DNA of 46,431 bases from a phage: assembly GCA_021146965.1 (NCBI GenBank), contig GCA_021146965.1_4847.1. The stretch is one strand, 5' to 3'. The position numbers were made by a program, and so were the translations under genes. The notes below the pieces were generated by a model that was not told the origin of the DNA, searched no databases, and worked only from the letters and a program-made list of their open reading frames with translations. Below, in pieces: positions 32,633-42,432 of this stretch. Each line of letters opens with the position of its first letter. Position 1 is the stretch's first letter.

Positions 32633-33086
32633 TAAAAACATGAAGGCGTTTCTGGATATGCTGGCGTACAGCGAGGGCACTGATAACGGGCGGCAGAAAA
32701 CCAATAATCATGGTTATGATGTGATTGTTGGCGGCTCACTGTTTACCGACTATTCCGACCACCCGCGCAAGCTGATTAGCCTGCCAAGGCTGGGCATTAA
32801 ATCCACCGCCGCCGGTCGCTATCAGGTACTGGCTAAGTTTTATGATGCGTACAAAAAGCAATTGCGTTTACCGGACTTCTCCCCCGCATCGCAGGACGCC
32901 ATTGCAATGCAGCTAATCCGTGAATGCAAGGCCACCGCTGATATTGAGGCTGGTCGCATTGCTGATGCCATCCATAAATGCCGCTCCCGCTGGGCCTCAT
33001 TGCCGGGCGCTGGGTATGGTCAGCATGAGCAGAAGCTGGATAAGCTGATTCAGGTATACAAAGAGGCTGGCGGAGCTGTGGCATGA
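32622..33086 (+). CDS. endolysin, lambda R-type lytic transglycosylase
   Basis: KAFLDMLAYSEGTDNGRQKTNNHGYDVIVGG.LFTDYSDHPRK...AGRYQ...WASLPGAGYGQ.E.K...L...YKEAGG aligns along its length with lambda R as recalled. Confidence 0.85.
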   Translation: MAISKNMKAFLDMLAYSEGTDNGRQKTNNHGYDVIVGGSLFTDYSDHPRKLISLPRLGIKSTAAGRYQVLAKFYDAYKKQLRLPDFSPASQDAIAMQLIRECKATADIEAGRIADAIHKCRSRWASLPGAGYGQHEQKLDKLIQVYKEAGGAVA

Positions 33087-33322
33087 AAAAGCTAAGCAAC
33101 TGGCTGCTCGCCGCGTGGATTTCATTCTGCTCGCTGTTACAACTATGGCCTGATGCAATGATACATGTGTGGGTAATGATGCCGGATGACCTGAAAGCAG
33201 CGCTACCGCTAATCGTGGTCAAAGGTGTGAGTTACTCAATTATGCTTGTCGGCATCCTCGGCAAAATGCACGGCATGAGGAAGGAAAACCGGAGGCTGCG
33301 CAATGATGTCGATTCTCGTTAA
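33083..33322 (+). CDS. putative holin (two-TMD small membrane protein)
   Basis: 79 aa, two hydrophobic helices and charged C-terminus (RKENRRLRNDVDSR); ATGA-coupled to endolysin; unusual position downstream of endolysin. Confidence 0.4.
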   Translation: MKKLSNWLLAAWISFCSLLQLWPDAMIHVWVMMPDDLKAALPLIVVKGVSYSIMLVGILGKMHGMRKENRRLRNDVDSR

Positions 33323-33794
33323 ATACTGGCGACCGCTGGCAATTATTATAATTGTTGCCGCTGGCGCGTTGTGGGTGGCAAATAAAGTGTCCGGTTATGG
33401 CGAGCAACAATATGCCGCCGGATACGCGAAGGCAGTCGCAGAACAGAAGGCCGCAGACGAACAAGAGGAGCAACGACGCAATGCAGAACTGCAAAAGATT
33501 CAGGCCGACGCACAGCAAAGGATTGATGCTGCGCGCAATGATGCTGTTAATGCTGCCGCTAAGTCTGGCAGGTTGCAGCAACAACTCACCAGTATCCGCA
33601 AGCAGCTCGTCGGATATTCCACCGCTGAGTCCATTGGCAACCCAGCCGCAGAAACCGGAGTTTTGCTTGCAGACGTGCTCCGCAAATCTGTCGAAAGAAA
33701 TCAACAGCTGGCAGATTACGCTGACAGGGGGAGAGAGGCAGGATTGACGTGTGAGGCACAGTATAATTCTCTGCGTAATAAAAAAGCCCCGTGA
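33303..33794 (+). CDS. Rz-like inner-membrane spanin (i-spanin)
   Basis: N-terminal TM helix (WRPLAIIIIVAAGALWVA) followed by coiled-coil periplasmic domain; contains embedded +1-frame lipoprotein ORF. Confidence 0.7.
   Translation: MMSILVKYWRPLAIIIIVAAGALWVANKVSGYGEQQYAAGYAKAVAEQKAADEQEEQRRNAELQKIQADAQQRIDAARNDAVNAAAKSGRLQQQLTSIRKQLVGYSTAESIGNPAAETGVLLADVLRKSVERNQQLADYADRGREAGLTCEAQYNSLRNKKAP
33526..33747 (+). CDS. Rz1-like outer-membrane lipoprotein spanin (o-spanin), embedded in Rz
   Basis: MLRAMMLLMLPLSLAGC lipobox signal peptide, Pro-rich mature region, entirely inside Rz in another frame (lambda-type embedded architecture). Confidence 0.65.
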   Translation: MLRAMMLLMLPLSLAGCSNNSPVSASSSSDIPPLSPLATQPQKPEFCLQTCSANLSKEINSWQITLTGGERQD

Positions 33795-33808
33795 TGGGGC
33801 TTTGTTTT
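33783..33808. terminator. bidirectional rho-independent terminator
   Basis: AAGCCCC-gtgat-GGGGCTTTGTTTT hairpin between convergent Rz (+) and 33829..34206 (-). Confidence 0.65.
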
Positions 33809-33828
33809 AACCTTCTCCGTAGCCAATG

Positions 33829-34206
33829 TCACGCATAAAGCGCCTCCATCTTGTACCCAAACATAATTGCATTCTGATGCTCAGTGCTACCAGAAAACAC
33901 CAGATAGCGTTTACCTCGATTATCCGTAACGATGTAGGCAGCTGGTGAGTTTTCCTTCCTAAATCTGGCTTCGTCATCACTCCCTTCATACATCCTCCCA
34001 CTCGCTGGCAGATACAAATCGAATGTTTGAATTTCCGTTCCGCTGCATTCATTGCTACGTTCATTGAACAGGATAGCCAATCTTGGGTTGCCATTGGAAT
34101 GCTTTGCAGGGAATGCGATTCTCCAGCCATCGTACATATACTGACTTGGGTAGGATAGCCATGACTTACCGCGCCTACCCTCCGTAAGAATCGGCTTACT
34201 CGCCAT
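33829..34206 (-). CDS. hypothetical protein
   Basis: start at ATG 34206 with GGAGGA RBS (track ORF extends to 34254). Confidence 0.45.
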   Translation of the reverse strand: MASKPILTEGRRGKSWLSYPSQYMYDGWRIAFPAKHSNGNPRLAILFNERSNECSGTEIQTFDLYLPASGRMYEGSDDEARFRKENSPAAYIVTDNRGKRYLVFSGSTEHQNAIMFGYKMEALYA

Positions 34207-34471
34207 TATGATCCTCCACAATCCGCACCAGTGAGCACTCAAGATTCGGTGCATTGTAATTACCAGCCAGAAACAGCACGCTACCAGTGCTAATAAGCAC
34301 CTGCTTCTCGTTCGCCTGCGACAGATTCTGCACGATGAATTGCGCTGTTTCTGTGCCGATTTTCAGCACTGCGCTGCCGTCGCTGTTCAGTGATACAAGT
34401 TGTGCGGAAGTGTCAGTAATGTTGGTGAAGTTCGCGTTTCGCTGCGCGATTGTGATGTCGCAAAAAGACAT
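34196..34471 (-). CDS. hypothetical protein
   Basis: 91-aa ORF in leftward cassette. Confidence 0.4.
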   Translation of the reverse strand: MSFCDITIAQRNANFTNITDTSAQLVSLNSDGSAVLKIGTETAQFIVQNLSQANEKQVLISTGSVLFLAGNYNAPNLECSLVRIVEDHNGE

Positions 34472-34773
34472 TATTTAATCTCTCCGTTCAGTTCATTAAC
34501 AATTAACGTTGCATAGCCAGCAATATCTTTCCAGCTGTCATCATAAGTCGGGTCGCCATTCAGAATGCGCCCAATCTTGTGCTGAATCATGTCGAGCGCC
34601 TCGCGTTGACTTGGTGTGAGATTGCGCCAGCCATCTACCTTGCGCATCACATCTTTCAACTCCTGCATAATTTCAGCGCCGTCTTTGAATTTACCGTATC
34701 GACTACCGCGTTCGGTGATGAGTCGCTCTGTTGCGTCAGTATGGCGCTTATCGCCCGTGATTTGTGAACTCAT
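34471..34773 (-). CDS. hypothetical protein
   Basis: 100-aa ORF, ATG start. Confidence 0.45.
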   Translation of the reverse strand: MSSQITGDKRHTDATERLITERGSRYGKFKDGAEIMQELKDVMRKVDGWRNLTPSQREALDMIQHKIGRILNGDPTYDDSWKDIAGYATLIVNELNGEIK

Positions 34774-35260
34774 TGTGATGCATTCTCCTGAATTCTTTTA
34801 TTTTTGCTTCTGCTTCTCTTATGTCGGAAAAGTAACCAACTGTGAATCTTTTGCCATTTACTCCAACTCTTGCATGCCACTTGTTGTGCGATGAACTCCA
34901 GTTAACCCCCTTGATACCGCTAGTGTTGTTTTTGTTCATTGCTTTGTTGTGGCTATTCTCAAATTTGCTGGCCTCCCTTAAATTGCACGCCCTGTTGTCA
35001 TTGCGAATGCCATTAATGTGGTCAATCATTTCACTTGCTGGCGCGCCATGAATGCATATCCATGCCAATCTGTGAGCAAGAAAAGCCCTACCGCAAAGAA
35101 TTATTTGCACATATCCATCTGGCTTTAAGTAGCCAGCCACACTCCCTTTTTCTGCAATCCTATTCCTTGTCTTTAGCCATTTAAATTCCCCAGTTAGTGG
35201 ATTGTAGTAAAGGTAACTCAATATAAACTCCCTACTCGGCTCATCTCTCCTATGCCTCAT
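34748..35260 (-). CDS. HNH homing endonuclease with AP2 domain (paralog 3 of 4)
   Basis: IDHINGIRNDNRACNLREA plus AP2-like SGIKGVNWSSSHNKWHARVGVNGKRFTVGYF. Confidence 0.8.
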   Translation of the reverse strand: MRHRRDEPSREFILSYLYYNPLTGEFKWLKTRNRIAEKGSVAGYLKPDGYVQIILCGRAFLAHRLAWICIHGAPASEMIDHINGIRNDNRACNLREASKFENSHNKAMNKNNTSGIKGVNWSSSHNKWHARVGVNGKRFTVGYFSDIREAEAKIKEFRRMHHNEFTNHGR

Positions 35261-35463
35261 TTCTCATCCTCTTTCATTGTCACCCTATTATTCTCGTCAA
35301 CACTGAAGTTGGCCCGAATCAAATCATACATATCTTCCTTAGGCATATCAGCCAGCGCCACATAGCAACGGGCGAAGTAGCGAACATCACGGAGTGTCAG
35401 CGGTTGTCGCTTCTCCACAATGCTGGTGATAATGTCCATCGGCTCGCGTCGTGGTCTTGGCAT
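35257..35463 (-). CDS. hypothetical protein
   Basis: 68-aa ORF, ATGA-coupled to HNH gene downstream. Confidence 0.4.
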   Translation of the reverse strand: MPRPRREPMDIITSIVEKRQPLTLRDVRYFARCYVALADMPKEDMYDLIRANFSVDENNRVTMKEDEK

Positions 35464-35490
35464 ATTTACTACTCCTTCTCGAAAAACATC

Positions 35491-35535
35491 TTGACGTTTC
35501 TACATCATTTAGTCAATACTTGTTGACGTAGATTG
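35491..35535. promoter_or_regulatory. divergent promoter/operator region with tandem TTGACG... motif copies
   Basis: TTGACGTTTCTACATCA (35491-35507) and TGTTGACGTAGATTG (35521-35535) between divergent genes 35257..35463(-) and 35563..35760(+). Confidence 0.45.
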
Positions 35536-35562
35536 TACCACAACGGAAAAGGTGATGTGGAA

Positions 35563-35760
35563 ATGCGATACAAAGAAATAGCAGCGAGATACCAGAAGGA
35601 AGTTCGCGAGGTTATGGAAATCCTTAACGTTCGCGAGGATACCATTAAGTTTGTGGAAACCGCCATGTGTTCACTGGCGCTTGAAGCGGAGGTTGCGGGT
35701 CGTGAAAAGGCTGACGAACTTATATCTGCGGTGGTTTATAGTTCAACCAGTAACGGTTGA
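35563..35760 (+). CDS. hypothetical protein
   Basis: internal ATG of track ORF 35533..35760 with AAAGGTG RBS. Confidence 0.4.
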   Translation: MRYKEIAARYQKEVREVMEILNVREDTIKFVETAMCSLALEAEVAGREKADELISAVVYSSTSNG

Positions 35761-35820
35761 AGATGAAGGTTATCTGTGCGTTGAGCACGTTGTTATCAAA
35801 TTCTACGGGAGAAATTATAA

Positions 35821-36015
35821 ATGGCGCATGACGAACTGTACGAAGAATCGTTAATCCAGAGGTTGAATGAAGTTGAGCGCACTCGCGAATGGCTGGAGTG
35901 CGAGTTACGAGAAGTGCGCAACCGCCTGCAACGCAAGCGCAGTCAGCAAAGAGATGTCATCGACTGGTCTGGGGGTACACCTAAATTTAACAATCTGGGA
36001 GAATGGTTGAAATGA
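35821..36015 (+). CDS. hypothetical coiled-coil protein
   Basis: 64-aa ORF. Confidence 0.4.
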   Translation: MAHDELYEESLIQRLNEVERTREWLECELREVRNRLQRKRSQQRDVIDWSGGTPKFNNLGEWLK

Positions 36016-36542
36016 GCAACATTAGTAAGGAAAGCATTTTAAAGTTCCTCCAGCATGATGAAAATACAGGAAACTTTCTATGGATTGATAATTTCTCAAG
36101 AAAATCAAAGAAAGGGAAGGTGGCTGGAGGTATTACATCGCATGGGTATTGGAGAATTCAACTCCCCATCGGGAGGTTTTACGCACACAGAATGGCGTGG
36201 ATTGTTTGCAATGGAGATATACCAAACGGATATGAGATTGATCACATAAATGGGAACAAGAAAGATAATCGCATCAGCAACCTAAGATTGGTCACAAGAG
36301 GTCAAAATGTTATGAATGTAGGCGTGAAAAACAATAATACAAGCGGAGTTAAGGATGTTGTTTGGGACTCTTCGCGAGAAAGGTGGAGGGTTCAAATTAC
36401 AGCCAATGGCAAGCATTATTATGGAGGTAGATTCTCGTCAATAACACAAGCAAAAGAGGAGAGGAACAGGCTCATAAAGATGGTTCACGGGAAATTTTTG
36501 AATACAAAAGGTGAGCAATATGACACTACTAATGAACGATGA
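36012..36542 (+). CDS. HNH homing endonuclease with AP2 domain (paralog 4 of 4)
   Basis: IDHINGNKKDNRISNLRLV plus AP2-like SGVKDVVWDSSRERWRVQITANGKHYYGGRF; ATG 36012 with GGGAGA RBS. Confidence 0.8.
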   Translation: MSNISKESILKFLQHDENTGNFLWIDNFSRKSKKGKVAGGITSHGYWRIQLPIGRFYAHRMAWIVCNGDIPNGYEIDHINGNKKDNRISNLRLVTRGQNVMNVGVKNNNTSGVKDVVWDSSRERWRVQITANGKHYYGGRFSSITQAKEERNRLIKMVHGKFLNTKGEQYDTTNER

Positions 36543-36756
36543 GAAATTACTTGAATGCCCGTTTTGTGGTTGTGATGACGTAAGTGTTATTGATGACGGC
36601 GAATGGTTGCACGTTGAGTGCGGAGATTGTTTTTGCCGCACTGACTCGTATTGCTGCGCATCCACGGCAATGAAGAAATGGAACACAAGAGGTGGACACC
36701 TCTACACTTCCGACGACTTCAATCAGGCAGCAGAGGAGCGTGATTATGGACTATAA
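36520..36756 (+). CDS. Lar-family restriction alleviation protein (zinc ribbon)
   Basis: LECPFCGCDD...HVECGDCFCRT...AMKKWNTR pattern matches the Lar restriction-alleviation family as recalled; start 36520 or 36532. Confidence 0.5.
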   Translation: MTLLMNDEKLLECPFCGCDDVSVIDDGEWLHVECGDCFCRTDSYCCASTAMKKWNTRGGHLYTSDDFNQAAEERDYGL

Positions 36757-37234
36757 ATCACAAATCATGCGCGTGATTATGAATCACCCCGGAGCAACGC
36801 GCGCATACATTGAGAAGCATTGCGGAGGTAAGCATTCAAGCACCACAACGCATCGCTTACATGAGATGCTTGCTCTTGGATTCATTCGTCGCGAGAAGTC
36901 AGTGATTCGCGGCGGCAAGTGGCAGTATAAATATTTCATCTCTGATGATGCAGCCGGTATTGATGATGCTATTAAGTGCCATTTGCTTGATAACGCTGGC
37001 GCGGAAGTGAAAGAAATCAGTACCACCACTGGCATTGATTATCGCATCGTGAAAAGCCGCATCCGCATTATGTTTCATAACGGTGATGTGACGCGAAGCT
37101 ATGACCACCACAAGAAGCTGTGGCGTTATTCATGGAAGGAGAAGGAAGTCAATGTAAGCAATCTATTTAATTCACTTCTTCGCAGCGTAAGGGGTCAGCA
37201 TGGGAAAAGCCAAACGCAAGAAGCAAGAGTATGA
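36746..37234 (+). CDS. hypothetical protein with two tandem winged-helix-like repeats
   Basis: internal ATG with GAGGAG RBS; two similar ~55-aa repeats; C-terminal end uncertain. Confidence 0.4.
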   Translation: MDYKSQIMRVIMNHPGATRAYIEKHCGGKHSSTTTHRLHEMLALGFIRREKSVIRGGKWQYKYFISDDAAGIDDAIKCHLLDNAGAEVKEISTTTGIDYRIVKSRIRIMFHNGDVTRSYDHHKKLWRYSWKEKEVNVSNLFNSLLRSVRGQHGKSQTQEARV

Positions 37235-37372
37235 ACCTCTACCGCCATGCGAAATGTCAGGAATGCCGCAGCAGGAGGATGTGATTCTCACCGAGGCTGA
37301 GTGGCGCAAGGTGGCAAGAGTGCAAATCATGTTCCGCAAACTTGCTGAGGATGTACTAAATGAAATGGGCTA
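37199..37372 (+). CDS. small basic hypothetical protein (57 aa)
   Basis: ORF MGKAKRKKQEYEPLPPCEMSGMPQQEDVILTEAEWRKVARVQIMFRKLAEDVLNEMGY in alternative frame bridging flanking genes; below track cut-off. Confidence 0.3.
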
Positions 37373-37713
37373 TTAAGCATAAATCCGGCAGAACTCTGTT
37401 TGTAACATCGGATGAGTTTATTGCCAATAACCGTAGAAAGATGGGCTGGATAGTAGAGGAAGTGAAGATGACGAGTAGAGAGCAGTTTGAGCTCCAATGC
37501 AGAAATGGGTTGATCAATGGCGGATTAGCAGTGTTTGAAAATGGTGTTTACGCTTCCGAATTAACAAGAGCTGTCTGGGCTGGATGGAAAGCATCGCGCG
37601 CAGCAATTGAAATTGAATTGCCAGAGGAAGAAAGTTTGGGATGCCACGCTATTTACTATGCAGAAGATGTTATTGAGGCAATTGAACAATCAGGCTTAAA
37701 GGTGAAAAAATGA
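37360..37713 (+). CDS. hypothetical protein
   Basis: 117-aa ORF. Confidence 0.45.
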   Translation: MKWAIKHKSGRTLFVTSDEFIANNRRKMGWIVEEVKMTSREQFELQCRNGLINGGLAVFENGVYASELTRAVWAGWKASRAAIEIELPEEESLGCHAIYYAEDVIEAIEQSGLKVKK

Positions 37714-38036
37714 TTATCCAACTAAACGACATTATGAAAGCAGACATCATTCAGCTTGAAGATTATGACGTGCAACTGGCGTTTGAAATCGAAACAGTTG
37801 AGCGTCAGCTGCAGTATGCTGATAAGAAGAATGATCGTGTCTGGCACGAGAAAGCACTTAAGGCGCGCGACCACATGAAACGCACGCGAGCGCTTATCAA
37901 AACGCGACTCGACAAGCTGTATTTTGGTGAAGAACGCATGTTGCATGGCGCGATACTGGCGCAAATCCGCAAGGAAATGCCAATTGGCAAGTTTATGTCA
38001 TACGTTCACCGCGCAAAGCAGGAGGCCGGGTTATGA
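37710..38036 (+). CDS. hypothetical protein
   Basis: 108-aa ORF, ATGA-coupled. Confidence 0.45.
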   Translation: MIIQLNDIMKADIIQLEDYDVQLAFEIETVERQLQYADKKNDRVWHEKALKARDHMKRTRALIKTRLDKLYFGEERMLHGAILAQIRKEMPIGKFMSYVHRAKQEAGL

Positions 38037-38221
38037 GCGAACCAAAATTTCCAGAGCTGCCTGTTGAGGTTCAGGTTGCATTGATCAATGCGGCAAGTGC
38101 AATGGCGACAAAGAAGATTGAGGCAATAGGCAGTGATTACAACAGGAGCATAGACTGGTTTCAGAGGGAGTATCAAAAAATCTGCGACGCACTCTACAAA
38201 GAAAACAGAGGTAGATCATGA
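38033..38221 (+). CDS. hypothetical protein
   Basis: 62-aa ORF, ATGA-coupled. Confidence 0.4.
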   Translation: MSEPKFPELPVEVQVALINAASAMATKKIEAIGSDYNRSIDWFQREYQKICDALYKENRGRS

Positions 38222-38364
38222 TTTCATTGCTTTGGATATTATCAGCATATGCATTTGCGAGAGTATTTGAGGCCGACACTCTGTACCAGATGATTTGCTA
38301 TGGCGCTCTGTTCTGTCTCTCTGGTGCTGCGCTCGCATTCATTGATGATGTGATTTCAGAATAA
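38218..38364 (+). CDS. small membrane protein (48 aa)
   Basis: two short hydrophobic helices; ATGA-coupled; below track cut-off. Confidence 0.35.
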   Translation: MISLLWILSAYAFARVFEADTLYQMICYGALFCLSGAALAFIDDVISE

Positions 38365-38558
38365 CTCCGTATATCTTTTGTTCATCATGGGCTGCTATCA
38401 TTTAATCAGGAAGTAGCCCATGAACATAATCCCTATCACTTACTTTCTCACGCTATACGCACTCACCAATTCGCCATTGTTTGCACTGGCTACCGCCTCG
38501 TGGTGCTATATCTCCCTGTGTTATAATTCGACCACAAACTAACCGTGGAGAGTTAACC

Positions 38559-40452
<1,894 letters not shown>

Positions 40453-40453
<1 letters not shown>

Positions 40454-41526
40454 TGGAAAAGATTATTTTTACCAAAGACTTGGTAGCCAACTCCGCAGTG
40501 GTGGCTGACCAGTGGAAACATCTCACCATCGACCGCAAGGTGTTCTGCAATGCAGAAGCTGAACTGGCGAAAACATACGGTGTTAACGCCACCGCGCTGG
40601 TAACGAAAGATTACTGGCGCGACGTGGATAACGTCACCACCCGTGTTTTCCGCAACGAAGCTGGCCAGGACATGATGGCTGACCTGATGGGTATCGCGGC
40701 AAACATTAACATTGGTAAGACTGTGGCAATCAGCCGCATTGCTTCCGATGCTGGCAAGGTAGTCCGCACTCTGTCTGGTCAGGAGCCGGAAGACTTGGAT
40801 AAAACTCGCTACGATTACACTGGCGACGTGATTCCAATCTTCAAAACTGGCTACAGCCGCGAATGGCGCGAACTGCTGGGTATGCAGTCTGAAGGTTTTG
40901 ACCCCCTGCTGGACGATCAGGCTAACGTCACCTTTAACCTACGTTCCGACATGGCGCAGTATCTGCTGACCGGCGACCAGACTCTGAACGTGAACGGCGT
41001 TTACACTGGCTACGGTATCACCAACCACCCGAACACCATTCAGGTCAACCTGAACGTTTCCGATGGCGGCCTGAATATCGACCTGCAAACCGCAACGCCA
41101 GATGAAATCGTGAAATTCTTCAATCAGGATTTCCAGGCTATTCTGGATGCGCAGAACGTATTTGAGCAGGTGACTCTGTGGGTTTCCCCGGCAGTGCGTC
41201 GCAGTTTCATGCGTCCGTATTCTAATGCGGCTGGCTTCAAAGGCGGCACGGTTGAGCAGTACATCACGCAGTTCGGTAATGGTCGCATTGGTAAGATTGG
41301 CACCAACTTCCTGCTGACTGGCAACCATTTCGTTGGTTACGTTCGCAACGACATGTACATCCGTCCGCGTGTTGCTCAGCCTGTCTCCACCTATGCGGCA
41401 GCTCGCACCAACCCGCACGATAACTTTAACTTCCTCGTATGGTCTGCTTTCGGTCTGCAGATTCGCAAGGATGCCGCTGGAAAAAGCCGCGTCTTTAATG
41501 GCTATGGTAGCCAGAAAGCTAAATAA
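40453..41526 (+). CDS. major capsid protein (HK97-fold)
   Basis: 357-aa ORF in canonical position after protease/scaffold and decoration genes, followed by strong terminator; size and composition typical. Confidence 0.65.
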
Positions 41527-41529
41527 TAA

Positions 41530-41556
41530 AAAAGGGGGTTTATCCCCCTTCTTTGT
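41530..41556. terminator. bidirectional rho-independent terminator
   Basis: AAGGGGG-tttat-CCCCCTT hairpin flanked by A-run and T-rich tract, between convergent MCP (+) and 41540..42346 (-). Confidence 0.6.
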
Positions 41557-42346
41557 ATCTAATTTCACCGTAAACCATGTACTGTAACATGTAACAAAAC
41601 TCCCATTCCGTCATATCTGTCCGTAGCCACTTCCTGTTCTTCTTGTAATTGTACTCCGCCAGCTCCGCTTTTAAATTGTGAAGAGCATTAACCAGTTCTG
41701 GATATACGAGGTTATTCTTAACAAACCAGTTGACAGATAAAATATGGTCAATATGCCAATTATTGCGGTCATCAAAACTCATCCATGGAAGCATGGTTGA
41801 TTTTATATGCTTAATGAAATCATCCTTTGAGTACCCGAGAACATCATCTACTGTTCTATCAAGCGCAATGTCAGATACTCTCATATCAAGCCGCTCAAGC
41901 ATTTTTCTTAGGAACACGTGGTGTGGGTGCTTCTTTTGCCATTGCCTGACATTATCCAGAGCCTTTTTATTGCCTTTCTCTGAGTAGTACCATCTGCGAT
42001 AAGCTTCCCTTTTCTTTTGTAAAAACTCCTCCTTTTTCTCTGGATTCTCGTTAAGCCTTTGCATCTTCCTTTTGTTGTACTCCTGTTGTGATTGTTTTCT
42101 TTTCTTTTTGTACTCGCTGTTATCCTTGTTTTTCTGCCACTCCTTTTTTCTGTACTCACTTTCCTTGCGTTTGCGCTCCTCTGTTGTTCTCTGCTTCCTT
42201 GTTCTTTCGTATACGCAATGCTTGCATCCGCCTGATGCTGTAAAAAACACAGTTCCACCACATACAGAGCATGGAATCCATTCACACACAAATTGCTTCA
42301 GTCCAGCAACCCTTGCTTCTTGCGCGGCTTCTTTTCTTGTTTTCAT
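41540..42346 (-). CDS. zinc-ribbon protein with Lys/Glu-rich low-complexity region and C-terminal HNH-like motif
   Basis: N-terminal CEWIPCSVCGG...CKHC zinc ribbon; ~100-aa K/R/E-rich segment; C-terminal NWHIDHILSVN...NALHNL reminiscent of HNH core; AGGAG RBS. Confidence 0.5.
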   Translation of the reverse strand: MKTRKEAAQEARVAGLKQFVCEWIPCSVCGGTVFFTASGGCKHCVYERTRKQRTTEERKRKESEYRKKEWQKNKDNSEYKKKRKQSQQEYNKRKMQRLNENPEKKEEFLQKKREAYRRWYYSEKGNKKALDNVRQWQKKHPHHVFLRKMLERLDMRVSDIALDRTVDDVLGYSKDDFIKHIKSTMLPWMSFDDRNNWHIDHILSVNWFVKNNLVYPELVNALHNLKAELAEYNYKKNRKWLRTDMTEWEFCYMLQYMVYGEIRYKEGG

Positions 42347-42432
42347 AAAGTCACTCCTAATTTGGTTTTATATTACCACGAGTGTAACTAGTGTGCTACA
42401 ATTAACCAGCATTAACTCATGAGGATATTTAA

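Noticed and set aside
40939-41568. 209-aa antisense ORF within the major capsid gene
   Set aside because: Fully nested opposite a strongly supported structural gene; no independent support.
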